DNA from: an uncultured delta proteobacterium
GTDB lineage: Bacteria > Desulfobacterota > Binatia > UBA9968
Length of the DNA: 64,000 bases
NCBI GenBank assembly: GCA_963816145.1
Contig: CAWFJP010000005.1
Coordinates: 256,001 to 320,000 of the forward strand
Reading direction: 5' to 3'
The notes under the pieces were generated by a model. The model was not told the DNA's origin and did no database searches. It worked only from the letters and a program-made list of their open reading frames with translations. Numbering within the stretch: position 1 is the first letter of the stretch; each line of letters begins with the position of its first letter. Made by a program: the position numbers and the translations under genes. Shown one piece after another: positions 1 to 10,071 of the stretch.

Positions 1-303
1 GCCGCTGGTTAGGGTGAACATCAGCACCGGATCTGCGGTCAATACCTGGGCTTCGCCGTTCACAGCGCGCTCGACGTATGGGCGCAGCCGTTCGTAGTCG
101 CCGATAGCGACTTGATTACGATAATCTGCCAAGCTGCGAACGGCGGCGAAGCCATGATCTGTGCCGAAAGCGGTCGCGCGATTGCGCTGGACAATGTCGA
201 GCAGCAGTCGGTTCTGTACCGTCGCCGGATCGCCGCAACGTCTTTCCCAGTCCGTCCACAAACGGCCGGTGACATACGCCGCGGCTTCGATGATGAAATT
301 CAT
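1..303 (-). CDS. GH3 auxin-responsive-promoter family acyl-adenylating enzyme, 5' part (runs off window)
   Basis: Not in the ORF track. Manual translation from ATG 303: MNFIIEAAAYVTGRLWTDWERRCGDPATVQNRLLLDIVQRNRATAFGTDHGF...DYERLRPYVERAVNGEAQVLTADPVLMFTLTSG. This has the GH3 N-terminal pattern (Q..LL..I...N..T.FG..HGF, DYE...PY) and the start of the TSG(T/S) P-loop. Starts 5 nt after the upstream stop. Confidence 0.85.
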   Translation of the reverse strand, partial: MNFIIEAAAYVTGRLWTDWERRCGDPATVQNRLLLDIVQRNRATAFGTDHGFAAVRSLADYRNQVAIGDYERLRPYVERAVNGEAQVLTADPVLMFTLTSG

Positions 304-308
304 AAAGT

Positions 309-2180
309 TTAACGGTGCAATTCGATCTTTTCGACAGTCAGTCGTTCCAGGGCTTGATCTTTCACGGTGACGCTCAAACCGCGGCTTTTCAGCAGCGGTG
401 CGCGGCCGCCCAAGCCGAAGGCGAGGTTTTCGAAGGTGATGTCCTCAGTAAGCAACCACGTGCCAAACGACCCCTCGGCGCAGACTAGCGCCGGAACATG
501 GGCCGCCAAGGTTCTTCCAGCGGCCGACAAGATGCCGGTCTCGCCGACTTGGGCGCCGACTTGGATGTTGATGCCGGCTTCCTGGGCGATTTTGGCGATG
601 GCTAAGCTGCCGGCGATGCCGCCGTTCTTCGATAGGCGAATATTGAATAGATCGCAGCCATTTCTCTGCGATCAGCGGCGCGCCTGATCGAGAGTGACGA
701 GCGATTCGTCAGCCATGACCGGGATGCCGCACTCGGCGCGAACTTTTTTCATGCCGGCGATGTCTTCGGCCGCCACCGGTTGTTCGATCATAACGAGCTT
801 AAAGGGCGCCAACAGTTTCAACTGTTCAAGCGCTTGTGCCGCCGTCCAGGCGCCGTTGGCGTCGGCGCGGAGTTCGACGCTGTCGCCCACCGCTTTGCGC
901 ACGGCGTCCAGGCGTGCGGCATCGTCGGCCGTGCCGACCTTGACTTTGATTTGCTTGATGCCCAAGCGCGCCATGCGCTTGGCTAGCGCGGCAGCGTCTT
1001 TGGGACTGTCGGCGGAGATCACGCCGCTGTAGACGACCTCGAAACGGCACGGCGGGAGATAGTCCGCCAAAGCGCTGTGATCGGCGCGCAGGCTCCAGTC
1101 GAGGAGCGCCAGTTCGACGGCGCAAAACGCCGCGTTCCAGGCGATGACGCTGTTGTTGGATTCCAAGTTTTGCGTCCAGTCCGGCAATAGCGACTGGAGC
1201 TGCTCGATGGTCTGCCATCCTGGATAAAAACTTTCTTGAAAAATCCGCGGCGCAAGGAAGTCGCGGATGCGGGCGATCATGCTGTCGGAGTTTTCGCCGG
1301 TGACATAGGCGCGTGGCAGTCCTTCGCCAAAACCGCTGCGGCCGTCGCTGCCGCTGACTTTGACAACGATGGCATCGCTCTCCTCGCGGCTGTGCAGCGC
1401 ATGACTAAAAGTTTGGTGGAATGGGATGCGCAGGCGGTAGACGGTCAGCGCGTCAACGCGCCGCGGCTGGGCCGCTTTGCTGCGCGTTTTCAGCCGTGAA
1501 CTCGGCGGAAAATAGTGGCGGCAGAAAAGCTTGTCGCCGAGGGTGACGCCGGCGATCTGCTCGAAGAGAGCATCGGAGATTTGATGAAACTGGGTATAGT
1601 CTTGGATCACCGTGATGGCTTCTTCGGCATGACGGATATCGACTTCGGAGTGCAGCTCGAACCAGCGCAGGGCGGCGCGCGGAATCGCGTACTTATGTTG
1701 GAGCGCGTTGGCCAGTTCGCTGGAGCAACGCGACAGCATGAACTCGAAGCTCATGGTTTCAAGCAGCACCGACAGGCAGAGTTCGCGTAACGTCGCCACC
1801 GGCACACGGGTGGCGCAAACCAGCGCGACCCGTCGGCGCGCATCGTTGATCAGTTGGTTGATTTCGTCTTGATTGAAACCGACGGCGCGGGCCATGTCCA
1901 AGAGCAGCTGGGAGTGGGGCGGTTCATCTTCGGACCGGCCCATTTCTTCGAGCAGGTTTTCTTTCAACATTGCGGCCGCGGTGGACGGTAGCGAGGCGAA
2001 ACAGAGCGCGACGATATGCGCCGATAGATAATGGGTGCGAAAGACATTGCGCAAGAACTCGTAGGCCGCCGCGATACCGGCGCCGCCGCCGACGAGTTCG
2101 CGGTATTCGGCGGCTTGCGTGAACTCATCAGTGGCTTGCTCGAAATATTTTACGATCGATTGCGCGGCGACCATGGTCAC
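309..2180 (-). CDS. Fusion of heme-oxygenase-like diiron (CADD/PqqC/UndA-type) domain and enolase-superfamily (MLE/dipeptide epimerase-like) domain; interrupted by TGA at 672-674
   Basis: N-terminal ENLLEEMG..PPH and WFELHSEVDIRH iron-ligand motifs. C-terminal IKVKVG, DAN, EQP, DES motifs. The same frame continues past the TGA as GCDLFNIRLSKNGG...VGETGILSAAG...EGSFG to the stop at 309. Confidence 0.85.
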
Positions 2181-2222
2181 CTCCGTCGCTGATTAGGAAG
2201 CGGTTGCGGTTCGCTGGCGCTC

Positions 2223-5200
2223 CTAAGCGCTGGCCATTTCTAGCGCTAACGCTTTGACTGTTTTTAGATCGGCTTTGCCCGAGCCGAGGATGGGAATCGC
2301 GTCGATCGGGTGGAGATCGTCGCGCTTCGGTATCCATAGTTTTGGCAATGCGGACTTGTTGAGCTTGTCCCACAGTTCTTCGCGGCTGACGCCGTTCTTG
2401 GCGAAGAAAACCACCAGCTTCTCGCCGCGCTGCGCGTCCGGGATCGCCGTGACCACGCTTGCCGGGCTGCCGAGGACTTGGTTGATCATTTCTTCGATCT
2501 TCATATGGGGCACCATCTCGCCGCCGATCTTGCTGAAGCGCGACAAACGGTCAGTGACCGTGATGAAGCCGTCCTCGTCGATGCTCGCGATATCGCCGGT
2601 GACATACCAACCGCGACGCATCGCCTGGTCGGTGAGGTTCTGCTGATTCAAGTAGCCAAGCATGACATTGGGTCCTTTGATGAGCAGCAACCCGGCTTCG
2701 CCTGGGCCGAGGGTTTCGCCGCTATCGGGATCGACGACCTTGGCGGCGACGCCAGGGAGGGGGTGGCCGACGGTGCCGGGCTTATGGCCGGTCTGCTTTT
2801 CTTTACCATCGACGACATCGGGCGTGTTGACCGCGGCCACCGGTGAGAGTTCGGTGCAGCCGTAGCCTTCAAGAATCGTTAAGCCGAATTTCTCCTCGTA
2901 TCCCTGGGCGATCTGCTCGCGCAACTTCTCCGCGCCGGCGATGACGTAGCGCAGCGACGCGAATTGTTCCTTGGTGCAGCGGCGCCAGTAGCTGACATAG
3001 AAGGTCGGCGTGCTGATCATCAGCGTCGCGCGGTATTTCTGCACGGTCTCGCCGACGGTTTTGGCGTCGGTGGGATTGGCGTGATAGACCGCGCCGAAGC
3101 CGGTCAGCAGCGGCAGCCAAATCGTTGCGGTGAAACCAAAGGCGTGAAACAGCGGCAGGATGCCCATGATGCGATCCTGCGGCGTGAATTGAATTATTTG
3201 GCAGATGGCCTCGACGTTGGAAATAATGTTGTGGTGCGACAGCATCACGCCTTTGGGCGTGCCGGTGCTGCCGCTGGAAAAAATAATTGTTGCGAGATCG
3301 TTGGGGCGCTGTTGTTTGCGCGCCCGGCGGTTGAGCCAGCGCACCGGCGTGACGTAGGCCTTGACGGCGGTGGCGAATTTCACCGCGCCGGAAAAGCTCT
3401 CGCGGACCTCCTCGACGAAAACCATGCCGTCCATTTCCTCGAGATTGGCTTTTTCCAAAAACGCTCGCGACGTGACGATGGTTTTAATCTTGCACTGGGC
3501 AACCGCCGCAGCCATGGCTTCCTTGCCGGCGGTGAAGTTGAGATTCACCGGCACTTTGCCGGCCAACTGGATAGCTACGTTAATCAGCGCGCCGCCGACG
3601 CTGGCGGGCAGCATGACGCCGACCATCGTCTGATTCGCGCAATGGCTGCGCAGCCAGCGGCAAAAAAGCAGGCTGCCGACCAAGGTCTTGCCATAAGTGA
3701 GTTCGCTGCCGGTGGTGTCGGCCATACAGAATCTCGACCAATGGCGCTTGGCCGTCTCGACGAACTTGGCGTGGAGCAGATCACCGGGAAGGCGGCGGTA
3801 TTCCACCGCCGCGCTTTCGAGCTCTAAGATGGCGTTGCGTACTTGCGGCACGGTGGAAGTCGGCGGCAACGGCGCGCCGAAGGAAACGGTTACCGAGTAA
3901 GGAAACTTCTCCGGCCATTTGCGAAAAAATTTGCCGTCTTTGAAACTGAAGATGCTGCCCCAGAGCTGATCCAGGTGCACTGGCACGATCGGCACATGGG
4001 TGCCTTCGACGATTTTCTCAAAGCCGCGCTTGAATGGCAGCAGCCGGCCGGTGCGGCTGATGGCGCCCTCGGCGAAGATGCACACCACATGGCCTTTTTC
4101 GAGCTCGTTTCTCGCCCGCTTGAGCGATTCGACGATGTCGCGCCGGTTGTTCGCCGACACCGGGATGGAGCGCATCAGGCGGAAGAACCAATTGAGCGAT
4201 TTTAGGTCGTAATACTCTCGGTGCAGCATGAAGCGGACAAAGCGCGGCAGCGGCGCGCCGACCAAAAGCGCGTCGACGAAGGAGACATGATTGCAGACCA
4301 GCAGCGCCGGCCCCTGGAGCGGCATATTTTCCGCACCGACGATGCGAATGCGGTAAAGCGTGTTGGTCAAGAGCCAGACGACGAAGCGCACGAAATAGTC
4401 CGGCAGCAGGTACAAGACCACTCCCGTGCCGGCTAGAGTAAATAGCCCGATCAGCAAGATGATCGTATCCGGGGATATTTGAAGCGGGGTTTTCAGGAAC
4501 CAGTGCAGTGCGGCCGCCAGAGCGATGCCGATGGTGTTCATGAAATTGTTGGTGGCGATCAGTTGGCCCTTTTCTTCTTTGCCGCTACGCTGCTGCAAGA
4601 GCGCGTTGAGCGGCACGGCAAACAGGCCGGCGCTAAAGCCCAGGAGCACCAGGGCCGTGGCTGTGTAGGGATAAGAGGGCGCCGACCAGGCGACCAGCGC
4701 GAGGCAAAAGCCCATCGCCACCGAGCCCAGCGGCACGAGGCCCAACTCGACGTGATCGCCGGAGAGTTTGCCGGCGGCGAGACTGCCGATGCCGATACCG
4801 ATGGCCAAGAAAGTTCCTAACAGTCCGATGTGAAACTCATCGAGCTGTAACAGCTCTTTGCCGAAGAAGAGAATGTTGATATTGACCAGCGCGCCGAGAA
4901 ACCAGAAGTAGGAGATGCCGATCACCGTCAGCCACAGCGCACGTTCACTGCGCAGCCGGCGCAAACCGTCGGTAATTTCGCCGAAGGGGTTCAAGTTCAA
5001 TAATTTCGCCGCGCCCGAAGGTGGCACCCGGGCGATGCCGAGGCTGGTGAAGTAGCCGGCCACGGCGATGGCGATCATGATCAAGCCGATGCGCGGCAAA
5101 TCATGTTTCCAAACTGAAAAGATCGCACTGCCGAGCGAGGTGCCCAAGATGATCGCCATGAAGGTGCTCATCTCCAATAGGCCGTTACCGCGGGAAAGGT

Positions 5201-5618
5201 CTTTGTCCGGCAGCATCTCCGGCAAGATGCCGTACTTCGCCGGGCTGAAGAAGGCGGAGTGCAGACCCATCAAAAAAACCGCGCCGAGCATGGGGCGGAC
5301 GTCGCCATAAAAAAATGCCACCAGCGAGAAGACCATGATGGCGATTTCGATCGCCTTCACCGCCACCAAGATGGTTCGCTTGCTACAGACATCGGCGAGA
5401 TGGCCGGCATAGCCGGAAAACAGTGCCGATGGTAAGATAAACAGTATGGCGATCAATTCGACGTAATAGTCGCCGCCGTGCCCGGCGAGGCTTAGGGCGA
5501 CGAAAGAGACCACGATTTTTAAAAAATTGTCGTTAAATGCCCCCAAGAACTGGGTGCAGAAGAACGGAAAGAATCCCGGTAGTTTGAGCGTATTAGTGTA
5601 GTTGCCGTTGTTCATCAA
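2223..5618 (-). CDS. Aas-like trifunctional protein: LplT-type MFS + PlsC-type acyltransferase + AMP-binding acyl ligase
   Basis: TQFLGAFNDN MFS start; NHVSFVD and IFAEG acyltransferase motifs; FSSGSTGTPKGV, EGYGCTE, TGD and RFSKIGGE adenylation motifs; 1131 aa. Confidence 0.92.
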   Translation of the reverse strand: MMNNGNYTNTLKLPGFFPFFCTQFLGAFNDNFLKIVVSFVALSLAGHGGDYYVELIAILFILPSALFSGYAGHLADVCSKRTILVAVKAIEIAIMVFSLVAFFYGDVRPMLGAVFLMGLHSAFFSPAKYGILPEMLPDKDLSRGNGLLEMSTFMAIILGTSLGSAIFSVWKHDLPRIGLIMIAIAVAGYFTSLGIARVPPSGAAKLLNLNPFGEITDGLRRLRSERALWLTVIGISYFWFLGALVNINILFFGKELLQLDEFHIGLLGTFLAIGIGIGSLAAGKLSGDHVELGLVPLGSVAMGFCLALVAWSAPSYPYTATALVLLGFSAGLFAVPLNALLQQRSGKEEKGQLIATNNFMNTIGIALAAALHWFLKTPLQISPDTIILLIGLFTLAGTGVVLYLLPDYFVRFVVWLLTNTLYRIRIVGAENMPLQGPALLVCNHVSFVDALLVGAPLPRFVRFMLHREYYDLKSLNWFFRLMRSIPVSANNRRDIVESLKRARNELEKGHVVCIFAEGAISRTGRLLPFKRGFEKIVEGTHVPIVPVHLDQLWGSIFSFKDGKFFRKWPEKFPYSVTVSFGAPLPPTSTVPQVRNAILELESAAVEYRRLPGDLLHAKFVETAKRHWSRFCMADTTGSELTYGKTLVGSLLFCRWLRSHCANQTMVGVMLPASVGGALINVAIQLAGKVPVNLNFTAGKEAMAAAVAQCKIKTIVTSRAFLEKANLEEMDGMVFVEEVRESFSGAVKFATAVKAYVTPVRWLNRRARKQQRPNDLATIIFSSGSTGTPKGVMLSHHNIISNVEAICQIIQFTPQDRIMGILPLFHAFGFTATIWLPLLTGFGAVYHANPTDAKTVGETVQKYRATLMISTPTFYVSYWRRCTKEQFASLRYVIAGAEKLREQIAQGYEEKFGLTILEGYGCTELSPVAAVNTPDVVDGKEKQTGHKPGTVGHPLPGVAAKVVDPDSGETLGPGEAGLLLIKGPNVMLGYLNQQNLTDQAMRRGWYVTGDIASIDEDGFITVTDRLSRFSKIGGEMVPHMKIEEMINQVLGSPASVVTAIPDAQRGEKLVVFFAKNGVSREELWDKLNKSALPKLWIPKRDDLHPIDAIPILGSGKADLKTVKALALEMASA

Positions 5619-5745
5619 TGCTGGCTAATTTACTCGGCTCTGTCCGGTTCGGCAAGATCGAATTCTTGCCAATCATCTCTATTCAATTGCGACTTGGTAC
5701 ACTGAAGCGCTTGCGCAAGCCTGACGAACTTTACATAATCCCCCC

Positions 5746-6519
5746 ATGGAATTGACTTATTTAACAGTCCCCCAGTGGCAGAAATACGATGGTTTGCTGC
5801 ATGGCTTCATGGGCCGGCGCGGCGGCAAGAGCGTCGGGCGCTATGCCGGACTCAATGTTTCGTATCGCGTCGGTGACGATAACAAAGTCGTCAGCCAAAA
5901 CGTTTGCGATATGAAGGCGGCCATCGGCATCCATGACGGCAAGATCGTCACCATGCAACAGGTGCATGGCGATAACCTCATTGAAGTCACCGACAAGAAG
6001 ATGAAGGAAGCCGGTCAAGCCGACGCCATGGTGACTGCGGAGAGCGGTCTCTATCTCGGCGTGCTGACGGCCGACTGCGTGCCGCTGCTCTTCATCGCGC
6101 CCAAAGAGCGCCTGGCGGCGGCGGTGCACGCCGGTTGGCGCGGCACGCTCACGGGCATCGCGTCGAAGACCGTCGACTACTTCAAGAGCCGATACGGTGT
6201 CGCAGCCGGCGACTTGCAAGTGGCCCTTGGGCCGTCCATCGGCGTGTGCTGCTATGAAGTCAACAACGATGTTGCCGTACCGCTGATGAAAAAATGGGGC
6301 GCCCTGACAACGCCGAGCATCGCAATGAAAAACGGCAAACCCCATATCAACCTGAGCCGGCTCAACCGAGACATCCTGCGCGCTGTCGGCGTGCCCGGCA
6401 CGCAGCTCTTCCAAATCGGCCCCTGCTCGTCCTGCGCGACCGATGATTTCTTTTCCTACCGCCGAGAAGGCGGCGAGACCGGCCGGCAGATCGGCGTCGT
6501 GGGTTGGTTGCCGTCCTGA
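5746..6519 (+). CDS. pgeF: PgeF/YfiH family peptidoglycan editing factor / purine nucleoside phosphorylase
   Basis: QVHG, TADCVP, HAGWRG, GPSIG..CYEV, FFSYRR motifs. Confidence 0.92.
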   Translation: MELTYLTVPQWQKYDGLLHGFMGRRGGKSVGRYAGLNVSYRVGDDNKVVSQNVCDMKAAIGIHDGKIVTMQQVHGDNLIEVTDKKMKEAGQADAMVTAESGLYLGVLTADCVPLLFIAPKERLAAAVHAGWRGTLTGIASKTVDYFKSRYGVAAGDLQVALGPSIGVCCYEVNNDVAVPLMKKWGALTTPSIAMKNGKPHINLSRLNRDILRAVGVPGTQLFQIGPCSSCATDDFFSYRREGGETGRQIGVVGWLPS

Positions 6520-6629
6520 TTTTCATTGCCCTGGTCTTCGCTGCGAGCCGGATTCTCTTGACGACTCGGCGCGAAATCGCTAGCGTTGGCGAAATTATTT
6601 CTTGGGCGGTCAGGTAACGGAGGAGAGGT

Positions 6630-7592
6630 ATGAAAATCAGCCGTCGTAATTTCTTAACCAAGGTCACCGTCGGTGTCGCTAGCCTTTCGTTGGCGCGGGA
6701 TATCGCCTGGGCGCAGGCCAAGGGGAAGGTGGGCTACATGAAGATCGTCGATAATGCGGCGATGTTCATGGCGATGGACAAGGGTTTTTTCAAAGCCGAA
6801 GGCATCGAATTGGAGACCGTGCCGATGGCCGGGGGCGCGGTGATCGTCCAGGGGGTGACTTCGGGTGACCTGCAATTTGGCTGGACCAACGTGATTTCGC
6901 TCTATCAGGCCCATGGAGAAGGCTTCGACTTCAAGCTCATCGCCGGCGGCGCGACCAACGTGCGCGGTAGCAACGAAACCCATGCGATGATCGTCGGCAA
7001 GGATTCGCCGATCAAGAGCGCCAAGGACCTCGAAGGTAAGACCGTCGCGGTTAACACGCTCAACAATATCGTCCATTTAATGGCGCTCGCCTGGGTCGAC
7101 AAGAACGGCGGCAACTCGAGCAAGGTCAAGTTCGTCGAGATTCCGTTCCCGCAAATGGAGCCGTCTTTGGTCGCCGGCAAAGTCGATGTCATCAGTGTGC
7201 AGGAGCCGTTCGCCGCGGTGGCGGCGCGCCGGCCGGAAACTCGTGTATTAGCGAATCCCTGGGGCGATGTGTTGCCGCGTTTTCTGATCGCCAGCTGGTT
7301 TGCTTCGGATAAGTGGCTTCACAAGAACCGCGGCGTCGCGCAAGGCTTCGTGCGCGCGATCAATCGCGGTGTCGACGCCATCCGCGCCGACAGAGACGGC
7401 GCCCGCGCAGCGATGATCAAATGGGCCGGTCTCAACCCCGACTTCGCCGATAAGATCGGCTTGCCGCAATTCGACAAAGCGATCTCCGAAAAAGACGTCC
7501 AGGTAACCATGGATCTGACCTACAAATACAAAATGATTTCGAAGCCGCTCAAAGCGAAGGACGTGCTGAGCGACCTGGCAACCAAAGCGTAA
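6630..7592 (+). CDS. NMT1/SsuA-type ABC substrate-binding protein with Tat signal
   Basis: SRRNFL twin-arginine leader; KGFFKAEGIELE, DLEGKTVAV; GGAGAGG RBS. Confidence 0.88.
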   Translation: MKISRRNFLTKVTVGVASLSLARDIAWAQAKGKVGYMKIVDNAAMFMAMDKGFFKAEGIELETVPMAGGAVIVQGVTSGDLQFGWTNVISLYQAHGEGFDFKLIAGGATNVRGSNETHAMIVGKDSPIKSAKDLEGKTVAVNTLNNIVHLMALAWVDKNGGNSSKVKFVEIPFPQMEPSLVAGKVDVISVQEPFAAVAARRPETRVLANPWGDVLPRFLIASWFASDKWLHKNRGVAQGFVRAINRGVDAIRADRDGARAAMIKWAGLNPDFADKIGLPQFDKAISEKDVQVTMDLTYKYKMISKPLKAKDVLSDLATKA

Positions 7593-7657
7593 GATCGGAA
7601 TGGGGTGATGGAGTAGGGGAGCGATGGGTTCGGAAAACCCAACACTCCAACACTCCA

Positions 7658-8455
7658 GTGCCCCATTCCAACATTCCCGTGGCCATCCTCGACGTTCAAT
7701 CCCTGTCAAAAAGCTACCGTCAATCCAGCGGCGAAACCACTTTGGCGGTCGGCAACATTACCTGCCAAGTGGAGGCCGGCGAGTTCGTTTCTTTCGTCGG
7801 TCCGTCGGGTTGCGGTAAGACGACATTATTGATGTCCATCGCCGGGCTGTTGGCGCCGAGTTCCGGCAGGGTGGTGGTCAACGGCAAAGAAGTCAACGGC
7901 CCACCGCCCAACCTGGTGTTGCTGTTTCAGGAGTACAATAAATCACTGTTCGCTTGGCGCTCGGTGCTCGGCAACGTGCGATTCGGTTTGGATGCGCGCG
8001 GTGATCGGTCGGCGGCGGCTGAAAGCAAGGCTCGCAAGCTGATAGAGCTGGTCGGCCTGAAGGGCTTTGATAGCCACTATCCCTGGGAACTGTCCGGCGG
8101 CATGCAGCAACGCGTGGCAATCGCCCGGGCGCTCGCCTACGAGCCGGAAGTTCTATTAATGGATGAACCGTTCGGCTCGCTCGACGCTTTGACGCGGCTG
8201 GAACTAGAAGACACACTGCTGCGCCTGTGGGCGGAACTCAAGACCACGATACTTTTCATTACCCATGATATCGAAGAAGCGATCTATCTTTCCGACCGCA
8301 TCTGGGTGCTGAGCCGGCGTCCATCGCAGATCATTCAAGAACTCAAAATCGATTTCCCCCGGCCGCGTCATCAAGTGACAACCCGCGCCGAAGGTCGTTT
8401 TATGGAACTGCGCAACGATATTTACCGGCAGATCGGCAATCAGGGAATACCGTGA
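7658..8455 (+). CDS. NitT/TauT ABC transporter ATP-binding protein (true start may be GTG 7679)
   Basis: GPSGCGKT Walker A, LSGGMQQR, DEPF, THD. Confidence 0.93.
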   Translation: MPHSNIPVAILDVQSLSKSYRQSSGETTLAVGNITCQVEAGEFVSFVGPSGCGKTTLLMSIAGLLAPSSGRVVVNGKEVNGPPPNLVLLFQEYNKSLFAWRSVLGNVRFGLDARGDRSAAAESKARKLIELVGLKGFDSHYPWELSGGMQQRVAIARALAYEPEVLLMDEPFGSLDALTRLELEDTLLRLWAELKTTILFITHDIEEAIYLSDRIWVLSRRPSQIIQELKIDFPRPRHQVTTRAEGRFMELRNDIYRQIGNQGIP

Positions 8456-9231
8456 GCCGTTCGCACCCATTTAACTGGCTGGGCTGGTCAAGCTTCGCTT
8501 TGCTGCTCGTGACCTGGGAGCTGATTGCGCGGGCGACACCAAAGCTTCTGCTCTACTTCCCACCGGTGAGCCGTATTCTCGCCGCTCTTGGTCAAGCGCT
8601 CGCCACCGGTTCCATCGTTCAACATGGATTGGTTACGCTGGGCCGCTTTGCCGAAGGATACTTACTTTCCGCCGCACTGGCGGTGACATTGGGCGTGATG
8701 CTGGGTTACTTTCGATTTCTGCATAGTTTGCTGGCGACGTCGATTGAATTGCTCCGGCCCATGCCGTCGGTGGCGATCATTCCGGTGGCGATTCTTTTGC
8801 TCGGCATCGGCGACGGCATGATTGTCAGCGTCACGGTTTACGCTAGCGTCTGGCCGATTCTCATCAACACCATCGACGGTGTGCGCAGCGTCGACGCCAC
8901 CTTAATCGATACCGGCCGGACCTTTGGGCTCAATAGCTGGCGGATTCTCCGGCAGATCATTTTGCCGGGGGCGTCGCCGTATGTCGTCACCGGACTGCGC
9001 ATCGGTTTGTCGATCGCATTGATTCTCGTCACCACGGCGGAAATGATCGCCGGCAGCAGAGGATTAGGTTTTTTTATCCTCGATGAAGAACGGGCGATGA
9101 ACAGCGCCAATATGTACGCTGGCATTGTCGTCGTTGCTCTGATGGGCTACGCGCTCAATCGGCTGTTCTTGTTGCTCGAAACCCGGGCGATGAAGTGGCG
9201 CCACGGCATGATGGCGCGGCAGGTGGCGTGA
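8452..9231 (+). CDS. NitT/TauT ABC transporter permease
   Basis: Hydrophobic; LRPMP, NTIDGVRSVD, AEMI...GLG; overlaps the ATPase stop. Confidence 0.9.
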   Translation: MSRSHPFNWLGWSSFALLLVTWELIARATPKLLLYFPPVSRILAALGQALATGSIVQHGLVTLGRFAEGYLLSAALAVTLGVMLGYFRFLHSLLATSIELLRPMPSVAIIPVAILLLGIGDGMIVSVTVYASVWPILINTIDGVRSVDATLIDTGRTFGLNSWRILRQIILPGASPYVVTGLRIGLSIALILVTTAEMIAGSRGLGFFILDEERAMNSANMYAGIVVVALMGYALNRLFLLLETRAMKWRHGMMARQVA

Positions 9232-10007
9232 TGGTGGCATTGTGGCGGTTCAAGGGTGCCGGGTTTCTGTTAACGCTATTAGCTATTTGGGAGCTTGCCG
9301 CCGATGCCGAATGGATCAACGCGCTGATCGTGCCGCTGCCCAGCAAGATCCTTAAAATATTTTTCGAGCTGGTCGCCTCGGGGCAAATTCCCATGCAGAT
9401 TCTCGTCAGCATGAAACGAGCGCTCGCCGGCTACCTGCTCGCCGCCGGGATCTTTATCCCGCTGGGAATCTTCATGGGGATATCGCCGATGATTTACCGG
9501 CTTTTCGAAGTTATCGTCGAGATGCTTCGCCCCGTGCCTCCGCCAGTGGTGATCCCGGTGGCGCTGCTGTTTTTCGGCTTGGGCGACGAGATGAAAATAT
9601 TTGTGATCTTGTTTTCTTGCGCCTGGCCGATATTGCTCAATACCATCGACGGCGTGCGCGGCGTCGACTGGGTGCTTTTGAACACGGCGAGAACTTTTCG
9701 CCTGTCACGCGTGAAAACCATTTGGCAGGTAATACTTCCGGCCAGTTTGCCACAGATCATGACGGGGCTGCGAGTCAGCTTGCCGATCATGCTGATTCTT
9801 GTGGTGATCTCGGAGATGGTCGGCAGCACCGATGGTATCGGCTATTTCGTCCTCGATTCTCAACGCCGTTTCAAGGTCGCGCAAATGTACGCCGGTATGC
9901 TCGCGCTGGCGATTTTGGGCTACATGCTTAACCAGCTTTTCAATTTGATCCAGTGGTTGCTACTGCCGTGGCATAGGGGAATGGATAATAGGAAGGATGA
10001 AGGATGA
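9231..10007 (+). CDS. NitT/TauT ABC transporter permease (second)
   Basis: TGATG coupling to the previous permease; LRPVP, NTIDGVRGVD, SEMV..DGIG. Confidence 0.9.
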   Translation: MVALWRFKGAGFLLTLLAIWELAADAEWINALIVPLPSKILKIFFELVASGQIPMQILVSMKRALAGYLLAAGIFIPLGIFMGISPMIYRLFEVIVEMLRPVPPPVVIPVALLFFGLGDEMKIFVILFSCAWPILLNTIDGVRGVDWVLLNTARTFRLSRVKTIWQVILPASLPQIMTGLRVSLPIMLILVVISEMVGSTDGIGYFVLDSQRRFKVAQMYAGMLALAILGYMLNQLFNLIQWLLLPWHRGMDNRKDEG

Positions 10008-10071
10008 AGGCGGAAGGATGAAGTTCGGATTGATTCCGATTCTTCCATTATCCCTCCGCCTTCATCCTTGT

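Noticed and set aside
672-674. Selenocysteine recoding at the in-frame TGA
   Set aside because: The position is not a catalytic Cys site in enolases, I saw no convincing SECIS hairpin after it, and compensating indels explain it better.
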